A stretch of DNA of 64,000 nt, from contig CBFDEM010000004.1 in the NCBI GenBank assembly GCA_965603825.1, forward strand, positions 248,001-312,000. Reading direction: 5' to 3'. The DNA comes from Blepharisma stoltei ATCC 30299. Taxonomy: Eukaryota; Protista; Ciliophora. This document shows, in pieces, positions 12,915 to 25,290 of the stretch (position 1 is the stretch's first letter; the number at the start of each line of letters is the position of its first letter). The position numbers were made by a program, and so were the translations under genes. The notes under the pieces are model-generated. The model saw only the letters and a list, made by a program, of their open reading frames with translations. It did no database searches and was not told the origin of the DNA.

Positions 12915-14315
12915 ATGCTGGCAAGGCAAGTTAAGCAATTTGAAAATGCTGAGGAACAGAGGCTGCTTGCACTTGCAGCTGCGTATGGAATTGAGATGTC
13001 TCCTGAAGCAAACCATTATACCCATCTGCCGATTTCACTATTGCCAACTCCTTTCCCTGCAGAGCAATTCAACAAACTTAAAGACCTCTCTGAGGAGTTT
13101 AATCTTCTGATGTACAAAGTGCACTTGGACAGAGAGTGGCTCTATAAAGTGCTTGAAGATATTTGCAGAGAGGATGATTATATTAGGAGGCTTGTGGAAA
13201 TTTCTAAAACTGCTCATGAAATCGGAAACCAACAAAAGATTTTTCTAGGCCTAAACAGAAATGATTTCATGTTGGATGTCCCTACAAATAGGTTCCAACA
13301 GGTAGAGTTTAACACTATGAGTGCGTCTTTTGGAGGCTTAAGTAGTAAGCTGTATAAACTTCATAGGCTGATTTTAAGCCAATATAAAAGCTACTTTGAC
13401 CCTGAAGTTGACCCACAAAAGGTGCTGGAGACTCATTCAATGAATAGACTGGCAGAGGGATTGGCAACTGCTAGCAATCTGTATGGCAATAATGTCTCAG
13501 TAATCTTTTTGGTTTTGCCATTTGAGATGAATTACTTTGACCAAACCTGCCTTGAAATTGAGCTGTGGGAAACTTACTCAATTCCGGTAATAAGAGCAAC
13601 ATTAAGTGATGTAGCAACTCATGGCCATAAAAGAGAAGACGGAGCCTTAATTTATAAAGATAAAGAAATTTCAGTAGTTTACTTCAGAGCTGGATACTCC
13701 CCAGATCACTATCCAACTGAATCAGAGTGGCAAGCTCGAGAACTTATAGATACTAGCAAAGCTGTAAAATGCCCTAATATAGATTATCATTTAGCAGGCT
13801 CTAAAAAAATCCAACAAGAATTAGGAAAACCAGAAGTTTTATATAAATATGTAGACCCACAGATCGGAGTCAAATTAGCTGATCATTTCACTGATTTATG
13901 GGGCTTTGATTCCCCATTATCTCAAGAGTTATTAGCAGCTATAAGAAGCAACCCACAAGATTATGTAGTAAAACCACAGCGAGAAGGAGGTGGGAATAAT
14001 TTTTATGGAGAAGGTGTCGTAAAAATCCTTGAAAACTACGAAAACGATCAAAATATTCAAGAGCATATGAAGCAGTATATCCTAATGAAAAGAATCAACC
14101 CAGAGCCAAAAGAAAATTTATTATCAAGAAAAGGAGTTGTCAATAGAGTGCAGACTTTGAGCGAATTGGGAATGTTTGGAGTTCTAGTAGCTAATGGAGA
14201 AGAGATAGTGACTAATGTGTATGGGGGATATTTATTGAGGACAAAATCTAAAGATGCTAATGAAGGTGGTGTTGCTGCTGGATATGGAGTTTTAGATTCC
14301 ATTTACCTTGATTAA
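12915..14315 (+). CDS. GSS: Glutathione synthetase (eukaryotic type), 466 aa
   Basis: LGLNRNDFM, QVEFNT, VYFRAGYSP, KCP....HLAGSKKIQQEL, KPQREGGGNN, SELG.FG, LRTK...NEGGVAAG. Confidence 0.96.
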   Translation: MLARQVKQFENAEEQRLLALAAAYGIEMSPEANHYTHLPISLLPTPFPAEQFNKLKDLSEEFNLLMYKVHLDREWLYKVLEDICREDDYIRRLVEISKTAHEIGNQQKIFLGLNRNDFMLDVPTNRFQQVEFNTMSASFGGLSSKLYKLHRLILSQYKSYFDPEVDPQKVLETHSMNRLAEGLATASNLYGNNVSVIFLVLPFEMNYFDQTCLEIELWETYSIPVIRATLSDVATHGHKREDGALIYKDKEISVVYFRAGYSPDHYPTESEWQARELIDTSKAVKCPNIDYHLAGSKKIQQELGKPEVLYKYVDPQIGVKLADHFTDLWGFDSPLSQELLAAIRSNPQDYVVKPQREGGGNNFYGEGVVKILENYENDQNIQEHMKQYILMKRINPEPKENLLSRKGVVNRVQTLSELGMFGVLVANGEEIVTNVYGGYLLRTKSKDANEGGVAAGYGVLDSIYLD

Positions 14316-14563
14316 GCTCCAATAATTAATTTGATTAGGCAACATTTATATCGATTTTTGATAAAAAGCAAAGTAATTAGAGATATCTCGCAAAGAAAGC
14401 TAAATGCAAAACAATTAAATTAAGTGCTATTTTATTAGTCTATTTATTGTAAAATATAAAGTATAAAAATCCCTTATTTAATATTAGGCAAATTTCCCAT
14501 TATTTATTAAAATATACCAATACTTTGCAAAATAGATCAGAATACAATTTTGACACACAAAAA

Positions 14564-15307
14564 ATGGAAGATGTGCATCTCCTAACGAATGAAAGAGTTA
14601 CGAGAGACACAGATTGAGTTGTGAAGTTTGTGGAGTTTAATTGGAAAACAAAAAGCTCAAAAAGCTGATTTATTGCAAGAGTCACCATCTCTTTATCTGT
14701 AATTGCTATAATAATTGCTAATGCGTTCACAGGTATGCTTTTACGGACATGGCATGTCGGGTGCATGTGGGATGCTTTATTTGAGATTACTACATCGCCA
14801 AATGAATATTTTAAGGAAAATGAAACATCTCACAATATTATAACAATTATTTCGTCTTTACTTATTGATTTCCTGCTTTCATCCTTTACCTTGCATTTTA
14901 TCTTATGGGGAAATTCTTGGAGACCGATAATATGCTTGCTATCATTTTATATTTTCAGAGGAGCGATCCAAGCATCTTTCGTAATGGAGTGTCCTAAAGA
15001 CTGGGCATGATACTACCCTGGGTTTCCATCACTTGCAGTAGGATACCAAAAAACTTCAGATTTCTTCTACTCTGGGCATGTTGGGGTCGTGACAATCCTG
15101 ACATTCTTCAACAGGCACACAAAACGGTATATTTTGATGTGAATTTCAATATCCAGCATTGCAATAGAGTTTTGGGTAATGATTTTCTTAAGAGGTCACT
15201 ACACTATTGACGTGATAACTGGACCCCTAGTAGCACATTATTTCTGGATTGTAAGCGGAAGGGTTTCTCCTTATCTAGATAGGGTTTCAGGTTACAAAGA
15301 GCAATAA
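14564..15307 (+). CDS. Sphingomyelin/IPC synthase-like (PAP2_C) membrane phosphotransferase, 247 aa
   Basis: One frame through four TGA codons. Catalytic-type motifs DFFYSGHVG and RGHYTIDV, with several hydrophobic segments. Confidence 0.8.
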
Positions 15308-15333
15308 TAGGGATGTAGATAATAATTTCATAA

Positions 15334-16485
15334 ATGGAATCTGTGAGGAATTCAAATGTTGGGTATATTTATGATCAGAGGTTAACACTGCACAGTGAAG
15401 AGCGTAATGTTTAAGCAGCTAGGCATACTTTTCCGGAATTTCCTGAAAGGGTGCGATCAATTCACAATAATTTTGAATCAAAAGGGCTACTATCGCATTG
15501 CAGATCCTTAAATATCACCCCGGCAGACCCAGATTTTGTAAAGACAATTCATCAGGCAAGTCTAATTGAGCGTCTCTTAGACTTGAAATTTGAATATGAT
15601 GACACGATGAATCCTGTGCCAAGGAAAAAAGGAGTAAAATACACAATGGGCAGGCAGCTTTACGATAACGAGCACACTTCAGATTGCATATTTCTGTCTT
15701 GTGGAGGAGCTATTAAAGCTGTTGACACAGTCTGAAAAGGGCAAGTAAGCACTTGTTTTGCAAATATTCGACCGCCTGGCCATCACGCATCCTTTTCTGA
15801 AATTGGCGGCTTTTGCTATGTGAATAATGTAGCAGTAGCAGCAAAGCATGCTTTATCGTTAGGAGCTCGAAAAGTCCTTATCTATGATTGGGATGTGCAT
15901 CATGGCAATGGGACTCAAGATATTTTCCAAAATGACCCAGATGTGATGTATATTTCTGTTCATAGGTATGACAACGCTGCTTTTTACCCTTACTTAAAAA
16001 AAGCTGGCTCAGACTTTTGTGGAACTGGAGAAGGTCGAGGGAGAAGCTTTAATATCGCATGAAATACTGAAGAAACAGGGAAATTGTCAGGAATTTCAGA
16101 TGGAGACTACAAGCATGCGTTTGATAATTTAATTATGCCAATTGCAACACAATTCAACCCAGATATTGTGCTGGTTTCTGCAGGATTTGACGCAATGAAA
16201 GATGATCCTGTGGGAAACTTGTCACTCAGTCCGGCCATTTATGCCTACATGACGAAGCAGCTGCAAGAGCTTGCTCATGGAAAATTAGCTTTGATATTAG
16301 AAGGAGGGTATAATTTGAATACTATGATGAGTGCAAGTGAAGCTTGCATGAAGGCTCTTTTAGGGTATGAAGGGCCCGCGAGTGGAGTAGGATTAAGGCA
16401 TTATGACCCTGATACTACAGAGCTAGGAAGAGAAGCAGTAAGGGCTACCTATGATGTTGCAAGAGAATATTGGGACATACAGTAG
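15334..16485 (+). CDS. Class II histone deacetylase (Hda1/HDAC6-like single domain), 378 aa
   Basis: RPPGHH, GFCYVNNVA, DWDVHHGNGTQ, FNIA[TGA], SAGFD, LEGGY all intact. Intron 15404-15418; TGA at 15733 and 16060. Confidence 0.93.
15404..15418 (+). other. 15-nt spliceosomal intron
   Basis: gtaatgtttaagcag contains an in-frame TAA; removal gives LHSEEPRHTFPEFPERV. Confidence 0.88.
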
Positions 16486-16707
16486 CTGAGTTTATTTAAT
16501 TTCTTCTAAATATACAGTAGTTTAAAAAATAATTGTTGTTGCATTAAATCATAAATCCTTTTTTTCAGCTCAATATGCTATAAAATTTACTTAATTAGAT
16601 ATAAAATAGTTGACGAATTAGTTTTAGCATTAGAATTAAGATTTTTTATACCTGCACAATTCCAAAACATTCACATCTGCATTACGCAAAATAATTGCTT
16701 ATAAAAT

Positions 16708-19700
16708 ATGGCAAATGATGAAATTCTAGCTTTGGAAAGATATATTCTCTCCAGCGATAAATCAGCAGCGCTCAGTTCATTCCCTCCTACATCCACCTTA
16801 AAACAATTTCTCTTTGCAAATAGCTTATTGAAGGAAGGTAAATTCTGTTCTCCAGAATTCCTGACTGAGTTAGAAGAATTAAAGAAAAAAGATGCTACAT
16901 TATTCAATAAACTCCAATTGAGGAAATTGATAAAAGAACTAGAAACTACAAATGATGAAACCAAAACAACTGAGATCCTTAATCATATCAATTATATGTA
17001 TTTTAATTACAATTTTGACTACCCTGCTCCTCAATCATCCGAGATAGTTCAAGAAAATGAGTACAGTTCGAGACTGAGTGACAATTTATTTCCAAATAAT
17101 CTCCATGATGCTCATACATCAGTTGAGGCTTTCGAATCCTTAACTGAAAACGGAAGATTGAAGCTAAACCCATTAGAAATGAACATAGAAATTTTTAAAT
17201 CCTTCATACACATCAAAGACATACATTCAATTCCTGGAATTCCAGAAACTATAGTTAAATTTATAAAATCAAGCAACTTTTATGACCCAGAATGGTTTGA
17301 GTTGCTAAGCGCTAGCCAATTAAGCGAGCTTAAAAATCTATATAAGCCGCTGGGACAGAAATCAGAACTGATCAGAGCCTTGGTTAGCAAAAAATATTTG
17401 TATCATATAGATAATAGTGATGACATTGGAAGCTATGAAATATACCAAAAAGTGCTTCATGAAATTGAAGGTTTTCCAGAAAATGCAAATCCATTGAGAT
17501 CTGTGATTCTTTTGAATCTTTTAAGCCTTGGAAGAATCTTTAATAATTATGATGAAAAAATTTTCAAAGAATACTTGAAAATCCACAGACCAGAAAAAAT
17601 TTACCGTGCAAATTGTAAAGAAACAGAAAAGACATGGAAATATTTTTCAAGATTTTTGAGAAAGGATTGTCCAGATGATGATAGTGCGCTTGTTCAAGAA
17701 TATTTGCAGGAAATCCTAAAAGATAAAGACAACGCAAATGAGTATGAACAATTCTTTGAAGAAAAATTTCTTCGAAAAGCATTTGCTCGGATCAAAATCC
17801 AAAATGGGATTTGTCCTTCTCAATTTGAAGACGTTTTTTCTTATAAAAAAATTGAAGATCTTGCATCAATTGTAGAGTTAGAGCCCAGCACAGATAATCC
17901 TTTTAGGTTTGAGAGAAATCAACTAGTAAAATTTTCAATTCACATAAAAAATATTCAAAGGCTTCTTGTAAAAGTCTTAGAACTCAACACAAAAGCTTAT
18001 TACTTAAAAAATGATGCCGAGATCACCACTGATATTAACTTAGATGGTCTTGTAGCTAGTTACGAAAGAATTTACGAATACAACGATTCTCCTTTGGTTA
18101 GAATCAAAAGAACTTTTGAGTTTCCAGAGCTCACAGATAAAGCTGGACTATTTGTTATGGAGCTAATCGGAAATGGTCGCCATTGTAGAACTTTAATAAA
18201 GAAAGGATCATTGAAGTTTGTGTCCAAAATCACATCTGTCGGACACATAGTTCTTATATTAAATGAGAGCAATCAAATTTGCAAAGGTCCAGGAGCAGGT
18301 TTAATTCTTGATGGAAGATTTTATTCAACAGAAAATGATCGAGGAACTGCTTTAATTCCTTTCGCAAATCAACAAACTACAAAAAATATCATTTTAACTG
18401 ATGGTATTATCTCCTCTTTAGAAAGCGGATTTACACATTATAGTGAAAACTACGAATTAAAAACGGCATTTTTAGTTCACGAAGAGCAGCTATTGATAGG
18501 GAATAGAGCAACTATATCAATTAAGCCCCGGCTATATGTCTGTGGTACTAAAGCTCCTGACTCATTATTAAAAGAATGCAAAGCTGCTATCACCACAACT
18601 GATGCTGATGGAATCACTGCAAGCAGGATTTACCCTGACCTTGCTATTCCTTCAGGAAATGACCTAATTAATCTTGATATTGAGGTCCCTCCAAGATTAA
18701 AATTTATGAGAATATGATTTTCAGGCGAAGTAGAAAAATCGACAACAAAAGAAAAAACTCCATTGAATTCATCTTATAAAATTTTGGTTAACAGCAATTT
18801 ATCAAATAGCGTTATGTATGGAGCTTATTTAAGATATGGCCCTCAAGGTTATCAGGTTGAGCTAAGAGGCAGAGGAGGTGAAATTTTACCGAGACAAAGA
18901 ATTCAAGTTAGTCTTTCACATGAAGATTGGGGTAGGGAAAGCAAGGAAACGCTTATGACTGATGAAAATGGGACAATTTATTTAGGGATCTTAAAAAATA
19001 TAGCTTCTCTGCGCGTTTTAGCAAGTGTAAATCAGCAAGATCAGCAGTTTGAATGAATTCTAAGTAACTTCAAAAGCAAAATCCAATACCCATCGATATT
19101 AAATTTATGTGAAGGAGATGAATTTGGTTTTCCTGTTACTTTTGAGTATGGAGTCATTGACTTTCGAGAATGTAACATTGTGCTTGAGAAAAATGGAAAA
19201 TTAATTGACAATTTTAATGATAAACTCTTTTATGACCATGAAGCATCAATGCTTTGGCTTAAAGGTCTTAAAGCAGGAGTCTATCTATTAAAGCTTGATA
19301 ATCAATACATTTCAGTCTCGGTCAAAGATGGGATTCACTGAGGAGAAAATCAGTTTATTTTATCTGAAGATTATGTGATCCCTACATCTAGTCAATATCG
19401 GCCTCTAGGTATAAAATCAGCTGAAATTGAAGAAAATAAAGTAAAAATAGAACTTGCGGGGGATTATGACAATGCAGTAATTCATATTCTTTACTTTAAT
19501 TACTTAAGCACTCAAGTGCTTGAAGAATTTTCTCAGCTCCAGTCTATATATCTTGAGCAAAACCAAACAGCTTTTAAATTTAGCAAAAAGCGTTCTTATT
19601 ATTTGCCTAGCAGAAAACTAGATCAAGAATATCAATATGTTTTGGAAAGAAAATTTCTTGAAAGAAATGCTGGGAATATACTCACCAAACCTCAGCTATT

Positions 19701-22700
19701 GAATAAAAGATTATTTTTGTATGACACAACGACAGAGACACAGAGGGCACAAGAAGGAGAAAGAATGAAAAATCTGAACTTAGATGACTGTGAATATGAT
19801 TTATGTCGAAGTGCCTGCCCATGCCCAGCAGCTTTGGCCTCTCATATAGGTTCTGCTCAAAATGGAATGCTGGATTTCTTGAAAAATCCTGCAAAGTGGA
19901 CTTATGGCTTAAATGCACAAGAAGGAAAAGCTGATATCACATTAGAAAAAAATCAATTTTCACATGCTTTAATAATAGCTACAAATGGAGAAGGATTGTC
20001 GATAAAAATTTTCAGTTTTACTGATTCAAGCATTAGCACAAGACAGCTTGGGCTGTCAAAATCCCTTGATAAAGAGATTTCATATTCAGAACAAATGAAA
20101 TCAAGGTGTGTTTTCGCAGGAGAAAATTTCACGATAAATGACATTTCAAGTTGTGAGATAGTTGATTCTATCGACAAATTGTATAGGCTACAAAAAGAAC
20201 TGATAACAACAAATAAAATTAAAGCTAATTACGAGCAATGGGAGTTCTTAGGGAAATGGCATAGTTTATCAAATTCAAAGAGACTTGAAAAATATGATAA
20301 ATATATGTCTCATGAATTGAATTTATTCTTGTATAAAAAAGATTACAAATTCTTTGAAGAAGTAATAAAGCCACTTTTGGCTTCAAAAATGGAAAAAGAT
20401 ATTATTGATCTTTATTTACTATCCCATCCTCTAGATGACTATATGAGTTTGGATAAGATTTTAAAGTTAAATAGCTTGGAAAAGATTTTGCTTATTGAAA
20501 GCATGCTAGACAAAAACCCAGAATTTTCAGTAGAGATGTCAAAAATAATGAAAGATGAAGCAGACTCAATGATGAGAAATTATCAATTGAGAAATAGGAG
20601 AATAAAGACAGCCTTAAGCTTCAATCTACTTAGCGGAAAAAATTCATTTGCGCCTCAAGGATCTTTTCAACAGCCAATGGCTGAAATGAGAGTCCAGCTA
20701 TTATCTTCTTTGAAACCTTGCTCGTTATTTTTGGGAGAAAGTATTGACTTTCCTGCTCTTAATCAGCAATATGAAAAAATTAGCTTGGAATGTTGTGACC
20801 AAGGGACAGATTTTTTTTCTTGAGCAATTAAAAGTGAAGAGACAGCATGATGGGGACTAAAAGAAGAAATAGCGCCTACTTACTATCAAAAACTAGACTC
20901 TACTAAAGAATTTGCAGAAACTTTTTATTATGATATTAAAGATCCTAACCAAAATACCAATTTAGTGCCAAATAGAAGGTTTTGGTCGGAATTAGCGAGC
21001 GCAGTAGTTAATAGATCGTCTTTAATTTTATCAGAAGATATATTAGAGACAACAGGCTCTCTCACAGAGCTTATATGCTCATTAGCATTTTCGGATCTTC
21101 CATTTATCGCCGAGAAGCACGATTATTTGCTTGAAGGAAGATCAATCACTTACACAGCTAGAAGCAACTTCATTGCTTTTTATAAGGAATTAGCTGAGAC
21201 TCCCTCAGAAATTAATTCTCAAGTACTTGTAGCTCAACGTTATTTCGACCCCGATGATAGATATATTCAGGATCAAGATGGGAATAAAGAAAAATCAATA
21301 ACTCAATTCATAAAGCAGAAAATTTATACTTGTCAAGTGGTCATAACAAATACAGCAGGATCTCAAATTACAGTCAGTCTTCTGACAGAAGTTCCTCAAG
21401 GAAGTATTCCTATACTCCCTCCCAAGTATACATTGAATTCTATAATGACACTTGCTAATTTCCATACCAAAACCTTTGAATATCAATTTTATTTCCCTAA
21501 CGCTGGAGTTTATTCTCATTATCCAGTCACTATCACATACAATGGGAAAGTCATTGCAAAGGCAAATTCAAATGATCTTGAAGTAAGTGACACTGCAAAA
21601 GTGGTTAAATTAGAAACCTTTAAAGACTTAGTCTTAAGTGGAAGAAAAGATTTGGTATTAGAGTTTCTTGCCAATGAGAATTTATATTCCACGAATAAAG
21701 AATTTAATGTCAATTACTTTTGCTGGATGATGAAAGATAAAGAGTTCTGGCAAAAAGTTATGCAAATTATGAAGCAGAGAAACTACTTTTTCGACAAAAT
21801 TTGGAGCTTTGCGTTTCTCCATAAAGATTTTGTGGTCTTAAAAGAAATTTTCACCACCAATCGTAGCTTCATGTACGCTCTTGGAGAGTTCTTTAGTTCA
21901 GAATTATTGTCAACAGGTAAAGGCGAACATCGGCATTTAGAATTTGATCCTTTAGTAAATGAAAGAACTCATAGACTCGGCAATCGCCAAAGAATAACGA
22001 ACATACGCTTCGAAATAGTTTATTCTGACTTTTTAAAATATTTATCAGAAAAAGAAAGACTCGATGTGGAAGATCAGCTAGCTCTTACCCAGTACTATAT
22101 CCTTCAAGATAGGTATCAAGAAGCCAATGAAATCTACAAAGCAATCCCATTAATGCCATCACAAGAAAAGCCAGGATCTTCTTACCTTCAAATTCAATAT
22201 GACTATCTTTCATGCTATCTTGATATTAATTTGGCATCTGCCATTTCAGCTTTATACGAAAATTACCCAGTCAATACATGGAAAAAAATGTTTAGTGAAG
22301 TCGCAAAGTTAGTCAGAGAAATAAATGCGCAAGATATTCCACTGGGGCAAGCAGAAGCTAAAGATAGCGAGCCAAGCTTAATGTTCACAATAGAAAGAAA
22401 TGAAATAAAGTTTTACTATCAGAATGTGAGGAGCTGCATAGTTAAGCTCTATAGGGTTGATTTAGAAGTTCTATTTTCAAAAACTCCGTTTTTAATTGGA
22501 AACACACAAAATTTTGGATTTGTCAAGCCAAACTATGAATTCGAAATAGAACTGCCTGAAAACGGTGCAAGAACTGCAAGAATTCCTGAAGAATTTGAAG
22601 GTCAGAATATTATTGTGGAGGTTGATTATGGGATTTATACCATCTCCAAGTCATATTTCGCAACAAGTTTGAAGATAAATGTAATCGAAAGATATGGAAT

Positions 22701-22938
22701 CATCAAAGTTATGAATGGAGACTTGACTCCAAGACCATCTGCATATATAAAAGCATTTGTACAAAGAAAAAATGGAAGTGTAGAGTTTTACAAAGATGGA
22801 TATACAGACATAAGAGGAAATTTTGATTATGCGGCGTTGAACACAGACCAGCTGTCATCAGTTCACAAATTTGCATTACTTGTCGTTGATGATGAGTTAG
22901 GCTCACTGATTTATGAAGTAAATCCGCCACCTCAATAA
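16708..22938 (+). CDS. Giant uncharacterised protein, 2076 aa (resembles the Dictyostelium AbpF-like family)
   Basis: Four ORF-track pieces share one frame, joined by TGA at 18715, 19054, 19339, 20821 and 20848 with no TAA/TAG. C-terminal FYKDGYTDIRGNFDYAALNTDQL. The family call is from recollection. Confidence 0.8.
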
Positions 22939-22976
22939 TCGCATAATTAAGCAATTTAAGAAATATTATTTTATTC

Positions 22977-25085
22977 TTATTTCTCTTGAGGAATCAAGTG
23001 CGAAATCATGACTGTATGGTTTGCAAAAATTAACTCATATTTTTGCGATTTGAAGCCTTGCGATAAGTTGTTATAAAATTTGCTTAGTTTACTTTCACTG
23101 ACTCCACTGTTTGTGCTCCATAAACTTTTGGCTATGTTTCCAAAATCATGAATAAAAATTGAGGACTTGCCTTCATCTTCAAACGGATCGAGTTTGTTTG
23201 TCGTTTCATCCATTTTTTCGAAAAAAGGAGATATGCTGCTATATTTTTTCTTGCAAATCTGCTTATAAGTTTTTACAAATTCAGATGCCTCTTCTCTTTC
23301 TTTATCTATTATCAAACTCTCAAATATTCGCATGCAATCTTTTGCAGTTTCGCAATCGGAATTTTCTAAAATTCTTTTCGCTGTTTCATTTTTGAGAATC
23401 GAAATCCAATTTTGAGCAGAAGCCCAGAATTCTGTGTGGTTATCATATAAAATTTCAACAGCATTGTCAATCGCAAATGATTTTCTTATTGTGAGTGTTT
23501 CTTTGATTGCATTTGACATCCTATACGCTTTATCATTGAAATAAGTTCCAGAGAAGGAAATACTATGCTTATACGAAGCAGAAATCGGGCTATTGCCGGC
23601 AGCTAGAATAAATCCTTCTTTAGGGTTTAATACATATGGCAATTCTTTAAAATCAATAAATTTTTTCCAATCTGCATCAGATCGACTCCCATCAAGAGGA
23701 ACAGCGCCATAAGATTCTCTTTGAGGGAAAAGTCCTACAGCCTGATATCCAATGATGCCTGTATTTAAGCCATAAACTACGCTGAAGTTTGGCACTTTTA
23801 TTCCTGATAATGCTAACCTAAAATCTCTTGGATTTTTTGCTGTATTTATTTTAATGATACTATCAAAGTCGTTGTCTTCTATTTCATTTGCAGTCCATCT
23901 GATGCTGATTGCTTCTTTAAAATTCAAAATGCTTGGATTTATTAGCATTGGGCCATATTTAGTTAATTTAATCGCCACTTCAACTGGCTCTTGTCCTTTC
24001 ACAGCTATTTTTTCTGTAATTTTATAAAATGGCTCCCAGTTCTCATTTAAAAGATACAGCTCTTCAGTGTGATGAATTTTATGAACATATAAATCGATGA
24101 CATCAGCTAGGATAGGAACAGCAGCCCATGATATGCTACCATTTTCTCCTTGATAAAAGAAAGGTATCCCTGGAATAGTTGTTCCTGATAATTTGATATT
24201 ATTTGTCGTAATTTTACTTAAATAAACTTCAGTTGGTATCCTTGATGAAAAATAAATTTGGCTTGAAATCAAAGGTTTTCCAGATTTTGTTTTGTTTCCT
24301 GACACCACAAATGCAGCACTAGTCTGAAGGTTTAAATAATAAATCTCGTCATTTAAAGTTTCAAAGTCATTGATTTTTCCATTACTTGTATGTGAAGCAT
24401 AAAATGATGAAGTTCTTTTTAATTCTTGTGGTAAATCATAATCATTTATTATATAGCTTTTTGGAAATATCATGCTTTCATCGTAAGGCAAAATTATCTT
24501 TGCTAATCTTTCTCCTATGGTTGCTGCTAGTTTTGCTCTGAATAGCTCATGTCTTCATTCGGAATTTTGAAAAAATGACACATAGCGCCAAATTGAAAGG
24601 GTATCAACTGGCTTCCAATACTGTCAATGGCTTCATGTAATAAAATACTCAAATGGTAAAGGATTGGCTTCAGCTCAAGCATTGATCCCTTCAGAATATC
24701 GATGTAATAGGAGTAAAGTATGATTTGAATGTTTTGGCAATGATAATAATGCTTGCCTTTTAAATCCGATGTTTCTTGAAAAAATATCTAACTCAAGAGT
24801 TTTATTGCCAAAAATTTCTGATAAAGAGCCTTCAGATATCCTTCTTAAAAGATCAAGTTGAAGCATACGGTCTTGGGCATGCACATAGCCTAATGCAAAA
24901 CATGCATCTTCAGTAGATGATGCTGTTATATGAGGGATTCCTTTACCGTCTCTTTCAATTGTTATTTTATCCCATACTGAAGGAATAATTTTTGAGTCTG
25001 AGTAGCTTGGTATTGTATAATATATGTAGCCTGCAAGAGATAAAATTGGCGGGATCACAAATGATAAGACTGCAATCCAGTTCAT
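22977..25085 (-). CDS. Penicillin acylase family (Ntn hydrolase, peptidase S45) homolog with N-terminal membrane anchor, 702 aa
   Basis: ITIERDGKGIPHITA...FALGYVHAQDRMLQLDLLRR.SEG.LSE.FG, SAAFVVSGNKTKSGKPLI, GIPFF, TKYGP, LPYVLNPKEGFI. Four TGA codons between 24555 and 24677. Confidence 0.88.
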
Positions 25086-25290
25086 TTTTATAGCTTACTT
25101 AAAGTGTAACTAATTATTACTTTATTCATAAAATCTGAAACTTGAGAATAATGAAATATTGATAATTTCGAAATGCTAGAATTTAAATATTCCGATTAAT
25201 TTTATAGCAAAAGTTCTATCGAATAATCAGGCTGCTATTTAATTTAAACAAAAGCTATAAATAATAAGCAAATTTCTGAATAAACTATTA

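Noticed and set aside
12133-16485. TGA as selenocysteine
   Set aside because: TGA is far too frequent and aligns to Trp in non-redox proteins; the tiny 3' UTRs leave no room for SECIS elements.
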